A stretch of 64,000 nucleotides of DNA. Source: Camelus ferus. Lineage: Eukaryota. The number at the start of each line of letters is the position of its first letter. Position 1 is the first letter of the stretch. The position numbers were made by a program, and so were the translations under genes. Below, piece after piece: positions 51,330 to 63,320 of the stretch. The stretch spans positions 108,750,001 to 108,814,000 of the forward strand of contig NC_045697.1 in assembly GCF_009834535.1 (NCBI RefSeq). Reading direction: 5' to 3'. A model generated the notes under the pieces. That model made no database searches, had not been told where the DNA came from, and saw only the letters and a program-made list of their open reading frames with translations.

Positions 51330-51720
51330 TTTCAGGGTGTTACCCTCCCCGGCAGAGTTCTGTAGCCTCGGGCACCAAACAAGCCTTCATTATCCTCGGT
51401 GCCTGGAGAGGAAAGCCCTGCGGTGCTTACCCGGAGCCTGGCCGCTGGGGAGGGACGCGATCGCCAGCGCGAAGACGAGGGCGGCGCGGGGAGCCGCGGT
51501 GTCCGCGCGCCCCGGCATGATGCTGATGCTGTGCGGAGTTTCAGCCCGGCTGAAACGTGAACATTTCCTGTTTCCTGCTTGTTTGGGTCGGTGCTCACTT
51601 GAAGGAGAGGTGTTTGCCTGTTTTTTAGGAAGTGATGTAATTCTACAGGAGCCTGTCAGACCAGCAAGAATTGCAAAAGAGAAGTTGCTCTTCGAGCACT
51701 GATTCAGTTACACGCCTCTC
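51330..51720 (-). promoter_or_regulatory. CpG-rich, apparently TATA-less TMEM154 promoter with ETS and C/EBP-type motifs
   Basis: Dense CpGs at 51330-51600. Tandem CAGGAAAC/CAGGAAAT at 51563-51578 (minus). GGAAGT at 51628-51633 abuts TGATGTAAT at 51633-51641. Confidence 0.75.
51431..51518 (-). CDS. TMEM154: TMEM154 coding exon 1 (start codon, signal peptide)
   Basis: agcatcATGCCG start with A at -3. Encodes MPGRADTAAPRAALVFALAIASLPSGQAP+G. Donor CGG|GTAAGC, phase 1. Lies within the CpG-rich region. Confidence 0.93.
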
Positions 51721-51906
51721 AAGCCCTTTCTCCCTCCCGGCCCTGCGTGGGCCTCCCTCTTTTGAAATTGTCCCTGTGGAAGCAGTGACCGTTGCTCAGA
51801 TGTCATTCAGGATCTGGGACCGAGGGGGTCCTGCACCACACGCATTCTCGATTTGTGATTTTATTCAACCCCGGGGTCAGCCTCCTTGGCTGCCTCGAGT
51901 CCAGAG

Positions 51907-52091
51907 CCGCGCTAACCAGTAGAACTTTCTGAGATGATGGGCATGGGCTGAATCTCCCGTGTCCAATACGGTAGCCATCAGCCACATAGGCTACGGAGCC
52001 CTTGAAATAAGGCTAGCGAGAACTGGTTTGTTAGTTTGAGTTTTTATTGAGTTTAAATAATGTCATGTGGCTACCACATTAGACAGCACAG
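51907..52091. mobile_element. MER3-like MITE near the promoter
   Basis: tagaactttctgagatgatgg...gtccaatacggtagccatcagccacat...attagacagcac. Confidence 0.75.
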
Positions 52092-52297
52092 GCCCTGACA
52101 GTAGGGCCACTTGTGCCGTCAGGAAATGCCAACCCACTTCTCTCTGGCCAGACACGTCGTCCTCCTTGGGCCCTAAATGCCCCGCCCACCAAGGCTCCTG
52201 GCGAGGAAGGGACAACGCTATACCCATGCCTGGAGGCTGTGCTCGGCTTCTCCAGAGAGAACTCATCTTTTTATGTTTGTTTCTTGTTTTTCCCTTG

Positions 52298-53015
52298 TAA
52301 AGACTAGTTTTTAGAACCAGTGTTAGATTCGCAGCAAAATTAAGAGGAAAGTACAGAGATTTTCCATAGAGCCCCAGGCCCCACATCTGCAAGCCTCCCC
52401 CATTAGCAACCTCCCACTGACCCTGCAGAGTGGGACATTTGTTACAGTTGACACACTCACATTGATAGGTCATAACCAGCATAGTTTACATGAGGGTTCA
52501 CTCCTGCTGTTGTATATCTGTGGTTTTGGACAGATGTATAATAATGACATGCACCCGTCTTAGAGGTCCTCCCTGAGTAGTTTCACTGCTGAAAAAATCC
52601 TCTGCTCCTCCTGTTCATCCCTCCCTCACGATGCCCCCACCCCCCCGAACCCCAGCAACTACTGATCATTTTACTGTCGCCATAGTTTTGTCTTTTCCAA
52701 AATGGCAGAAAATTGGACTCATAAAGTATGCAGCCTTTTCAGGTTGGCTCCTTTCACTTAATACTATGCATTTAAGTTTCCTCTATGTCTTTTCATGGCT
52801 TGAGAGCTCATTTGTTTTTAGTGCTGAATAATATTCCATTGTCTGGATGTGCCACAGTGAATTTATCCATTCACCTACTGAAGGATAGATTGGTTGCCTC
52901 CGAGTTTTGACAATTATGAATAAAGCTGCTAGAAACTTCTGCGTGCAGCTCTTTCTGTGGATGTAAATTTTCACCTCCTTTGGGAAAATACCAAGGATTT
53001 GATTGCTGAATATAT
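52298..53015 (-). mobile_element. L1MC/L1MB-like 3' end upstream of the promoter
   Basis: gcaaaattaagaggaaagtacagagatttt...gctgaataatattccattgtctggatgtgccacag...ccattcacctactgaagga. Confidence 0.8.
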
Positions 53016-56000
53016 GATTAGAGAGAAATGACCTTTTAAAGGGCCCATTTCCAAAGCAGAATATGTTCTTAGGGGGAAAAAAAAATCTGTGTTTTATCTT
53101 TCTTTCTTTTTGAATGACAGTTTTCTCAGAGGTTGTTAGCAAGTGAACAAATTAGGACTGAGCTGGATTAGAATGGGGGGCGGAAATCCTACCCAACTGG
53201 AACAATGCAGGGAAGAGGTGACAGTTTATAGCAGTGTGTGGGGAGATTAGGGTAGGTTACTTTTTTTTTTTTTTTTCTGTTCTATTGCAGTCCTTCCCTT
53301 GATTTAGGTCTAGGGCCTAACTACTACAGAATGGAATTTCACAATCATGTTTGTTGTAGTGCCAAGAGAGACAGGCAGATAGGAAGAGGCATCAGACACC
53401 CAACTCATCTCATCAACCTTTGCCTGGTTACTGTGAGTCACCAACTTCCGGTGCGTTCCATCTTCAGTGATCTGGCTGGTGGAAGCCCACGAGGTGACTG
53501 AGTCCTTGGCCCCTTGCTTTGCCATTCATTTTTTGTTGAGGGCATTGCTTCTGTTCATGGTCACTGGCTACAGTTTATCTCAGTTCTTATTCACAGAAAT
53601 AGGTTGACGATTCATGTCATGCTCAGTGATGATTCAGGTAATATTAAATCTACGTAATAGATTCACAGTATGCATTTATATATTTTAACCAGGCAATTGA
53701 GTCAGTTCTGGGTAAAATAGGCTTTGCACTTTAGGTGACAATACAGGACAAATGGCAGAAGGAAATAGAGTTCAAAACTGGATGATTGATTTGAAGACAG
53801 CAGGGAAAGACCTATGAATCCAGCTCTTGAAGAGCAAGTGAATAGAGCGCTGGATTTGAGGGCAATCATTCCTGTACTCGCGGCATTCTCCCGCTGCGAC
53901 GCAAATGTGCAAGAGAAAAGGCCCCCCAGGGGAGGTAGGGGGCTTAGGAGTTCTCGTTATTCACGCCCTATTCTAACCTTCTTGGCTTGAGGCGTGTATT
54001 TGGCAAAGGACTTGGTGTGAGCCTTCGTTTCTTTGATTTTAAAACTAGGGCTTGCTGGAGGCTTTGCAGAGTCAAGTGTCTGTGGCTGGAGCACAGTCCT
54101 ACGCGGAGCCTGGTCACCGCCAGCCAGTGCCTCATGGTTTCTCCAAGGGTGCCCTGCGTTCCTTTGCAGCAACACTGCATCACTTAGAATGATGTGCGAA
54201 ATAAACCAAGGCCCCAGAGAAACCCTGTAATTTTCTTTTGACCCCAGTGCTCTCTAAAACCCTACGAGTGATTAAGCTGATCTTAAGCGGAAGAAAATTA
54301 CCATCGTTGATCAGAAAATTGTAGTGCCTCAGTGATCTCTTTGCTGCAGTTGAAAAATCACAGGGAGACTGCGTGCTAGGTAAAGGGCTATTTACCTCTG
54401 TTTGTTCTAATTTTCCCAACCATTAATTTTGGCAGTAGCTGCCTGGCCTCAGATTAAATCATGATACACTCGTGGCAGGGAAGTTCAGGGCCCCAGTCAG
54501 AGCCTCGAGGAAGCGGGGAGCCTCAGAGCCCACGGCAGGCTCACAGACAGGGGTGAGATGAGCAGGGCCTGTCTTTGGCTTTCAGCAGTGGGAGGAAGAA
54601 GGCAGGTAAGGAAGTAGGGGGCCCAGGAGATGCCCCCGAGAGCCCCTCTTGCTCAGAATGGCAGGAAGAGAAGCCTGTTCCTGGTTGGAGCGACTCTATT
54701 ACTTTGCATAAGAGTCTGCCTTCTACAATCAACTCTCTGTATTACAGAAATAACTCTCATTTCTGATTCCTCCTCCCTTCCCTCCTGGCCCTCCCCTCAG
54801 CCATAAAAGAGGAGGGACTCCAAGGCAACAGCCCAGAAGCGATAAGCTCTGGCAAGGGAATGTGGGGAACCCCCCCCCCCAGTATTCCTCCTCCACCCCC
54901 CTAACCTCTCCATTTCCAACACACACAGCCAGGCACACACACACTCGCTCACGCACGCACGTACACACAGCTTGCTCTCACATACACGTACTGGTGCCCC
55001 CTGCAGAGATACAGGAAGACCCACCAAATGAGACAGGCCAAGGCTGCTTAACTGAGAGCTTGCTGCAGCAGGGGAGTCAGCACCACCGCCTGCATGAAGC
55101 AGAGACTCAAGGGCAGGCAGAGGAGCGGGCAAGACCTACAGTGGGAAAAGCAGGAGGCTTCATGGCGCACCGGTGGAGGTGCTGGGGTAGGGAATCTGCT
55201 GAGTTCTGGGGACTGATTCCAGGGATTGGTTAGAGGTGTGATCTGCCTTCTCCTAGATCAGAATCAGATAGAAAATTAGGGTCGATTGATACAGAGATTA
55301 TTTTATTTTTTGAATTTTAATTGGCTTTTTATTAAGTCAAAGAACAAATAGTAGGCCAGTGACAAAGTTGGTGGCTGTTTCATGTGAAACCTTCCTTAAG
55401 CAAGTCTTATCTGATTGAAATAAAAGCTAAAACAAACATAAAATGAGAGTTCACTTTCCTAGCAGAAACTGGCAAAATCTTTTGGACAAATGAGACTCGA
55501 CATCAACATTCATAGGTTTACATGTGAATGCATACTCACATAACCCAGAATTATTCCATTATCACTCAGGTTTGTAAATCATATTCTGATTACTACTCTG
55601 TGATTGGTGACATAGGGATTATTGTTCGTCTTCTCAGACCAGTTCCTAGAGGGAGGGTCTGAGTTCTGTTTTGATGTATGTGTCTATATGCTCTGGCCGT
55701 TGTATCCTCAGTCTTCAACATCCAGACGCACACTCACATACTCATAGATGTACCTACAGGCTCACACACCCACAAACTTACAACAAAACATTGTTTGCTT
55801 AACGAGGGGCGGGCCCTCAGACACAGTAATATGGACATCAGGTGGGGCCTCCAAGATCACTCCGAGGCCACTTAGGAGGGGGCAGGGAGGAGGCAGCTTA
55901 GGGTCCTGGGTTCTAAAGGAGCACCCAGAGAGGTAGGTGGGCAGGGTGGGGGCGGGGACAAGAGCAGAACTCCATCACGGCCGTAGAAGCCCAGCCAGGA

Positions 56001-56022
56001 GAGTGGCTGACAGGAGGTTCCC

Positions 56023-56397
56023 TGCGTCCTAGCCTGCTCAGGCTGCCATACAAAATGCCATAGATCAGGCAGCTTAAACAACAGGCACTTATTTTCTCAT
56101 CGTTCTGGAGGCTGGACTTCTGAGATGGGGTTGCGCTCACGGTCGGGTTCTGGGGAGGACCCCCTCCCTGGGTCTAGACGGCCACCTTCTTGCTGGGTCC
56201 TCACACAGCGCTGAGATGGAGTAAGCTCCCTAGAATCTTTTCTTACGAGGACACCCATCTCATCGTGAGGACCTCACCCCCACGACCCCATCTAACCTGA
56301 ATCACCTCCCAAAGGCCGCATCCCCGCACACCATCATATTGGAGGGTAGGGCTTCAACATCTGAATCTGGGGCACCACCAGCGTTAGGTCCGTAGCA
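56023..56397 (-). mobile_element. MaLR MLT1A-like LTR
   Basis: ggctgccatacaaaatgccataga...gcttaaacaaca...gttctggaggctgga...cacctcccaaaggcc...agggcttcaacatctgaat. Confidence 0.85.
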
Positions 56398-56889
56398 CAC
56401 AGCCTTTGGAGCTGGGAGCCCACCCAGCCAGGGTCAGCCTGACCCGGCCCTCTGACTTGTCAGAACCCTCAGCGGTTCTGTCCCTCGGTCGTGACTGCCC
56501 ACCTCGGTCATTCACCCTTCATCTGGTCACTCAGAAAAGTTATTCCAGGGTTTGGGGAACCCACCCCAGGCCTCTGCCTGGACAACCTACACGACAGCGT
56601 CTCCAGGATCTAGGCAGAAAATCGGATCACTAAAATCGAACTGAGAAGAATGCAGTTAGGAGCTGAAGTGGCACGTGGGACAGGCGCAGGGCTCTGGTCG
56701 GCAGGGACCTCCAGGGAGCGCTCAAGAAGAGGCTCAGTGCTCCTCCCCTCGGTGATCTGCGTCCCCCTGAGGACAGGGGCTTCTCTGTCTTGTTCCACAG
56801 TCTATCCCCAGCATTTAGGACAGTGCTTCATATTTTTCTTTGAATTAACAAATAAGTGAATGAGGAAATGAATAAAAAACTCCTTTTAC

Positions 56890-57630
56890 ATATACGATGG
56901 AACACTACTCACCCATAAAAAAAATGCGGTTTGCAGGAACACAGATGGACCCAAAGACTGTCATTCTAAGTGAAGCAAGAAAGAGAAAGAAAAATATCAT
57001 ATGTTATCACTAACGTGGCATCTAAAAAAAAGGACACAAATGAACTTATTTACAAAACAGAAACAGACTCACTGACGTAGAAGACAAGCTTATGGTTACA
57101 AGGGAGGAAAGGAGATGGGAAGGGATAAATTTAGAGTTCAAGATTTGCAGATACTACTATATATAAAATAGATAAACAACAAGTTTATGCTGTAGAGCAC
57201 AGGGAACTATGTACAATATCTTGTAGTAACCTATAATGAGAAATAATCTGAAAAGGAATAAATGTATGTATATGTATGACTGAAACAGTATGCTGTACAC
57301 CAGAAATTGACACAACATTGTAAACTGACTATACTTCAATAAAAGAAAAAAATGTATCTCAAAACAAACAAACAAGTTTATGGTTATGGAGGGGAGGGGT
57401 AGGGAGGGATAAATTGGGTGTTTGACATTTGTAGATACTCACTACTGTATATAAAATAGGTAAACAACAAGATCTTACTGTACAGTACAGAGAACTATAT
57501 TCAGAATCTTATAATAGCCTATAATGAAAAAGAATATGAAAAGGAATAATATGTATAAATAAATCACTTTGCTGTGCACCAGAAATTAACACAACATTGT
57601 AAATCAACTATACTTCAATCCAAAAAAAAT
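56890..57630 (+). mobile_element. Two head-to-tail L1 3' ends
   Basis: The block ttatggtta...gggataaatt...gaactat...ttgtaaa...tatacttcaat occurs twice (about 56890-57352 and 57360-57630). Confidence 0.88.
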
Positions 57631-59644
57631 TTCTTTTACAGCAGTATTTTTCAGGTGCACTGGGGGTGGGGCTACTTACATCAGAATTATTTGGAGAGTT
57701 TGTTAAAAAGCAGAGTCTTGGACCCCACCCCTGCACTACTGAGTCAGAGTCTCTGAAGCTGAGGCCCAGAATTCTGCATTTTTAATGATATTTGGGGACA
57801 TTTTCATACACGATAAAACTGGAGAATTCTAGAGTTTCATTTTTGGTTCCTAGAAAGGTATGCTCCTTTTCTCATACAGTAAGAAGTATTTTCCACTTTT
57901 GTCTTCTTGGCCAAAAGCCTGGAACTTAAAGTAAAGCCTGGGTGTGGAACTTTCATTAGCAGGTTTTCTTACCACTTTTAGGAATTCACCGTTTCTTTCC
58001 CTGGCTAACTCTAACTCATCCTTCAGGACTTAGTGCAGGAGACATCTCTGCCAGGGAGCTTTTTCAGAAGCCTCCCCCGGCCCTCAGGCTTGTCTCAGGG
58101 CCCTTCCCCCAGCACCCGTCAGACTATACCAAGAAGATCCGGTCTGGCCCCTCACTTGACTGCCCTGGCTTCACTCATCTGTGGCCTCCCACACTTGCTA
58201 AAAGGAACTAAACTCCCTTCCCCTGCTGTTTCGGTTTTGATCAAGTCATATCTTGATAACTTTTTTTTCTAAGTCCCTTCAAGTATTTTTGAAGTAGGAC
58301 ATACATCATTAATAAATACGGAGTATCTGCATCAAAGGGCACTTGAGAATGAGAAATGCAGATGAGTGGGCTTGGCGTTTGTTCTTTGATTTGTTTTTCT
58401 ATTTATCTTGACTTTCCAGATTCACAGTTGGTGATGTGCCGGCCAACTAAGTCCTCAACACCAATGAAACCAGGGAATACAAAGGTCCAATGGTTTGGGG
58501 GAAATAGCAAATTAGAACAAGGAAAGATGTTAGTAGGAGCAACTTCAGTGCCAAGGTATGTGAGTAGTGCCAAAAATAAGTAAAAATTGAGAGGATTTGT
58601 ATCAGATAGGAGAGAGGAGGGGAGGCTGGGAGGTGATTTTTTAAAATTAAAATAATATATTTTTCTTGTTACAAAAACGGTACGTGTTTATTGGGAAACA
58701 ATTTTAAATGCATATAAACAAAACGAAATTATTCCACATTTAAATCCTTCCAGATCTTTTTCTGTGCATATTAGCTAGCAGTATTTCTCCTGCCTCCACT
58801 TGTGGTACTAGCCCTTGGTATCAATCTCTTGCTAATAGGCTGTAGGTACAAAAGTCACAGGTCACAAAGTCAGTTACAGAAAAATGGTAATTTACCCTAT
58901 TTTTCTATTATAGCATCAATTTTGAATTTCAATCTTGGTGGTGGTAAACTGAATACAGTCACTTACAAATACAGCCTGTCATCGTCAGGTCAGTGATTTC
59001 GCGGTCTCTCAGGATTAACTTTCAGGGTCCCTCCCCCTTCCCCCCTCCATCCCCCAGGCTTCTTTCAGATTGCCTTGGGAATGCCAGAGTTGATGGAGGG
59101 GTGGGGTCGTCTCTAAAATGCAACTCGGGTCCTTGGGCCCTTAGGAGATCAAAAGCAAAGAATTAAACTCTTTATATTTCTCTTTGCATTTAATTGAGTC
59201 CTCCTTTTCCTAGACCAAAGAGTAGCCTGATTTGTTAGTTAAGGGGTCTTTAGATGGGTATGTAAACAGGGTCCACAGCCCCCAAATCCACCTATTTTTA
59301 GGCTTTCATCTAGTATCCTGCCACACATGTTCACAATAATTTCAGTAACAATGAAACTGACTCCCCTGGGGGAAGGGTGAATGTGGTGAGACACTGCGGG
59401 TCCCCTGGATTGAGAATCGTGAGTCCAAGGCCCTGGTCTTAGTTCTTTCATGAACAAGATTCTCTGCACTTGGTTGCTTTATCTGTGAAACAGCAGGCTG
59501 ACTAGATGCTCTGCAAAGCCCCAGAGCTCGTATTCTATGAGCCTATGAGATTCTTGTGGGGACAGGTTGATTTCAAAGTTTTCAGTGGAGACCAGCCTTC
59601 TAAAATTTTTTAATCAGCTTCTTTTTAAAATTACTTAAATTCTT

Positions 59645-60003
59645 ATTTTTTATTGAAGTGTAGTCAATTTACAATGTTAATTCTAGGTGCACAGCAAAGC
59701 AATTCAGTTATACATATACATACATACATATATATGTATTTTTTTCAGATTCTTTTCCATTACAGCTCATTGCAAGAAACTGAATATAGTTCCCTGTGCT
59801 ATACAATAGGTCCTTGTTGTTTATCTATTTTATATATAGTAGTTAGTATCTGTAAATCTCAGAATCCCAATTTATCCCTCCCCACCCCCTTTTCCCCCTG
59901 GTAACCAGTTTGTTTTCTATGTCCATGAGTCTACTTCTGGTTTGTAAATAAAATCTGTATATATTTTTTTTAGATTCCACATATAAGAGACATCATATGA
60001 TAT
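59645..60003 (-). mobile_element. L1 3' end
   Basis: ttttttattgaagtgtagtcaatttacaatgtt...atatagttccctgtgctatac...tagattccacatataag. Confidence 0.88.
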
Positions 60004-60499
60004 TGCAGACCTCAGCTTCTAAAGACAGGAACTGTTACAAACCACGCAGCCTGGTCCTCAAGCCCATCCTTCATGGCTGAGATCCAGAAATGTAGGCAGG
60101 TCTTTCCAGCCACGGTGAGCCCTGGTGGAGGACTTCCAGAATTGCCAAACAGCTGAGTAGGATGGAGTTGAAATGGGGCAGCCATTAATGTAGGGGCTGG
60201 AGAAGCGTGACAGTTGTGGAATTGGGGCAGGAGGAAGGAAATAAACAGGCAAGTACACAGAGAAGAAAGATGAAGTGTTTCCTTCGCTGTGAAGCAGCAG
60301 GCGCAGAGCTTATCTGAAGCCAGGAACGAAAAACTCTTCAAATCTACAGTGATGATCATTCCAGCTCCAACCACACAGGGACTTTGTCACTGGTTTCTCA
60401 GTACCCATAGGTCAGCAGCAACTCCACTACACAGAAGAGGTCCATTACTTATATATCTCATTGGGAGGTTTTCTTTTCATGAAAAATGACATCCCTTAT

Positions 60500-60967
60500 A
60501 GTAGATTAGATCATCATTCCCAGTTCTTTCTGCTTTCTCTGAAGGACATGAATTACACCCATGCCCTGTGATTTGGCACTTTCTTCCACTCACATAGGCA
60601 GCATGTACTCCCCTGCCTTACTGGTCTTGGGCCAGGCCATGTAGGACTTGCTCTGACCGAAAAAAATATGGGTGGAAGAGACAGTGTGGGTAAAGGTCTA
60701 TAAGAGCCATCTCACAGCCTGGCTCGCCACCTTGTGTTCCTGGGATCTGACATTCTGTGATCTGAGATCATGAGCCCCATAATGTGAAGCAGATCTCAAC
60801 CAGATCAGCAACCTGGAATCCAGCCCAGCTCAGCCTGGATCAGCCAGTTCTCAGCTGACCGACAGACCTACGAGCGAGCGTGAACATAAACTGTTATGAT
60901 TATAAACTATGGGGAGAGGGCTGGGTTTTTTTTACATAGCATCAGTGCAGCAATAGCTGGCTAGTAT
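60500..60967 (+). mobile_element. MaLR MLT1-type LTR
   Basis: ggccatgtaggacttgctctgacc...cagcccagctcagcctggatcagcc...ttacatagcatcagtgcagcaatagctggctagta. Confidence 0.72.
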
Positions 60968-61032
60968 CTCTCTTAAGAGTCTTCATCCACAAATTGCAAA
61001 CCTGAAGAAAAAAAGTCAGAGAAGAAAATAAA

Positions 61033-61200
61033 GGGGGGAGGGTATAGTTCAGTGGAGTTCAGAGGCAGGGCCCGTGCTTGGAATGCATGAGGTCCTGGGT
61101 TCAATCCCCAGTACTTCCATGAAAATAAATAAATAAACCTAATTACCTCTCCCCTCAAAAAAACCCCAATATATAAATAAATAATTTTAAAAAGAAAAGA
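61033..61200 (+). mobile_element. tRNA-derived SINE with a duplicated A-box segment
   Basis: gggtat-agttcagtgg-agttcagagg-...ggttcaatccccagtac...cctaattacctc. Confidence 0.85.
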
Positions 61201-62511
61201 AGAGCTGATTTTGGCAAAGCTTTGGCAGTCACACCATCCTGTTGACAGTTGAGATAAGGCTCGTGAAGATAGGGCTGTTCACACTTAACTGACCACTGTC
61301 ATCTTCCTCCCCCAACCTGCAGGCACCAGCGTTCAGTCCAGAGCCAGCAAATACATATGTGATTGAGTCATGCTGCGCAATCACCCATGGCCTTCCTGGA
61401 TTTCTCGGTCCCTGGAAGTTGTGCTGGAAACACTGTTCATGGCAGTGTTGATTGGAGATGAAGTATCTTGGTAGCATCTGCAGCATCTTAGCTGTCCTCA
61501 TGGCCTTTATCACATTATATTTGGAGTATAAAATTTAGCTGGTCTCTTCCTGCCCTAAATGACCACGTGTTTCCAGAGAGCAGAATTCTTGTCGGAGTCA
61601 ACTTTACGAATTCCTCCTCCTCAAAACTCTGCCCCACGAGCCTAAAACCAATTAATGCATGTTGAATGAACAAAAGAATTCGAGAAAGAATCTAAACATG
61701 GTCCTTATTCAAATGGGATTTGAAAAAAAAATCTCTTCTTTGCACATGGACACCTGCGTTTGTAAATCGTCACAAGTTACTGAATCAGAAACAAAATCAG
61801 TCTTACCGTCTCCCGGGTAGGAATTTAATCCGTGAGCCCTTTCAAAGGAGAACAGTCACTGGAATGAGCCCCAGTCACACCCTGCCTGTATTCTTCTCCG
61901 CTGGTGGAGTTATTTTTTGCCGTTGCATAAACCTGTCCAACCTCTCTCTTGAGGGTCCTTTGCAAAACACGTTCCTTCTTTAAAAAAAAAAAAATTATCC
62001 TTCTCCAAAAACCTAATAAGTAAGATAATTGATTTAAAACAGCAAGAATATGCTAACAATAGGGAATTATATGAAATTCTCACCATTCTTAAAGTCACAA
62101 AACTGAAGTATTCCCCAGTGGTGAAAGGCTCAGAAAGGAGTTAGGAAATGATTTTGGACAGTGTGTATCATTCTGATACTAGATAATTATCAATGTGTTC
62201 ACTTATGGGTCCTTTTTCTTTAAAAAAAAATGTATTTTTAAAAAAGGGCCTTATACTGTGATAAACAATAAAACACTATGATCATAAAATAATAATCATC
62301 ATCATCAAATACAGTGGAATGGATGGGTTGGTGTATGAATACCTGCAGAGGGGAGATTCTCCCTGCCTTGTTGGGGTGCACATGGCACTCTGGTGGGGCT
62401 TTGGCAGGAGGGAAGTGCATTTTCTTTTTCTTTTTTTGCCTTGTTTTATTGTTATTATTGTATTTGGGGGAGTCTGTTTTCGATAGCTGCAGAACACTAC
62501 TAAAAACCTTC

Positions 62512-62787
62512 TCAAAAAGGGAACCCTCCTGTGCTGTTGGTGGGAAAGTAATTTGATGCAGCCATTATGGAAAACAGTATGGAGATTCCTTTAAAAACTA
62601 AAAATAGACTTACCATATGATCCAGCAATCTCATTCGTGGGCATATATCTGGAAGGAAATCTAATTTGAAAAAATACATGCACCAGAATTTTTATAGCAG
62701 CACTATTTACAATATCCAGGACATGGAAATAGCCTAAATGTCCACTGACAGATGAATGAATAAAGAAGTTGTGGTGTATATATATAT

Positions 62788-62832
<45 letters not shown>

Positions 62833-63320
62833 CTACTCAGCCATAAAAAAGAATAAAATAATGCCATTTGCAGCAACATGGATGGACCTGGAGATTGTCA
62901 TTCTAAGTGAAGTTAGCCAGAAACAGAAAGAAAAATACCATATAATATCATTCATATGTGGAATCTTAAAAAAAGAAGACACAAGTGAACTTATTTACAA
63001 AACAGAAACAGACTCAGACATAGAAAACAAACTTATGGTTACCTGGGGGAAAGGGGGTGGGAAGGGATAAATTGGGAGTTCAAGATTTGCAGATACTAAC
63101 TATTATATATAAAATAGATAAACAACAAGGTCCTATTGTATAGCACAGGGAACGCTATTCAATATCTTTTAGTAACCTATAATAGAAAAGACTATGAAAA
63201 CGAATATATATATATATGTATGTACATATTTGACTGAAACATTATACTGTACACCAGAAATTGACACAACATTGTAAACTGACTATACTTCAGTGAAAAA
63301 AATTTATTTAAATAAAAATA
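62512..63320 (+). mobile_element. 5'-truncated L1 (ORF2 C-terminus plus 3' UTR)
   Basis: ORF 62756 gives YYSAIKKNKIMPFAATWMDLEIVILSEVSQ. Probable TSD aaaaacct at 62502-62509 and 63321-63328. Internal (TA)n. Confidence 0.92.

Larger units (their letters stand above)
9095..51600 (-). other. TMEM154: TMEM154 gene span (7 coding exons; TSS and 3' end approximate)
   Basis: Spliced CDS 88+261+39+28+86+61+16=579 nt gives MPGRADTAAPRAALVFALAIASLPSGQAPDFLVETEQSGEMPQEVAVPDEETVSLSTFAMVTTESFTTNMNSTLNGEDTDQLEFILMVLIPLILLALLLLSVILLATYRKRKKNKPEPSSQGSQNILQTCELGNENLKVPIFEEDTPSVMEIEMEELDKWMNSMNRNADYECLPTLEEEKEPNQNHPSDAES*. Recognised TMEM154 motifs include APRAALVFAL, QLEFILMVLIPLILL and PIFEEDTPSVMEIEMEELDKWMNSMNRN. 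Confidence 0.96.

Noticed and set aside
51064..51702. 212-aa plus-strand ORF
   Set aside because: Antisense to exon 1 across a GC-rich, stop-poor island. It starts at TTG, contains low-complexity poly-P and poly-K from simple repeats, and resembles no protein I recognise.
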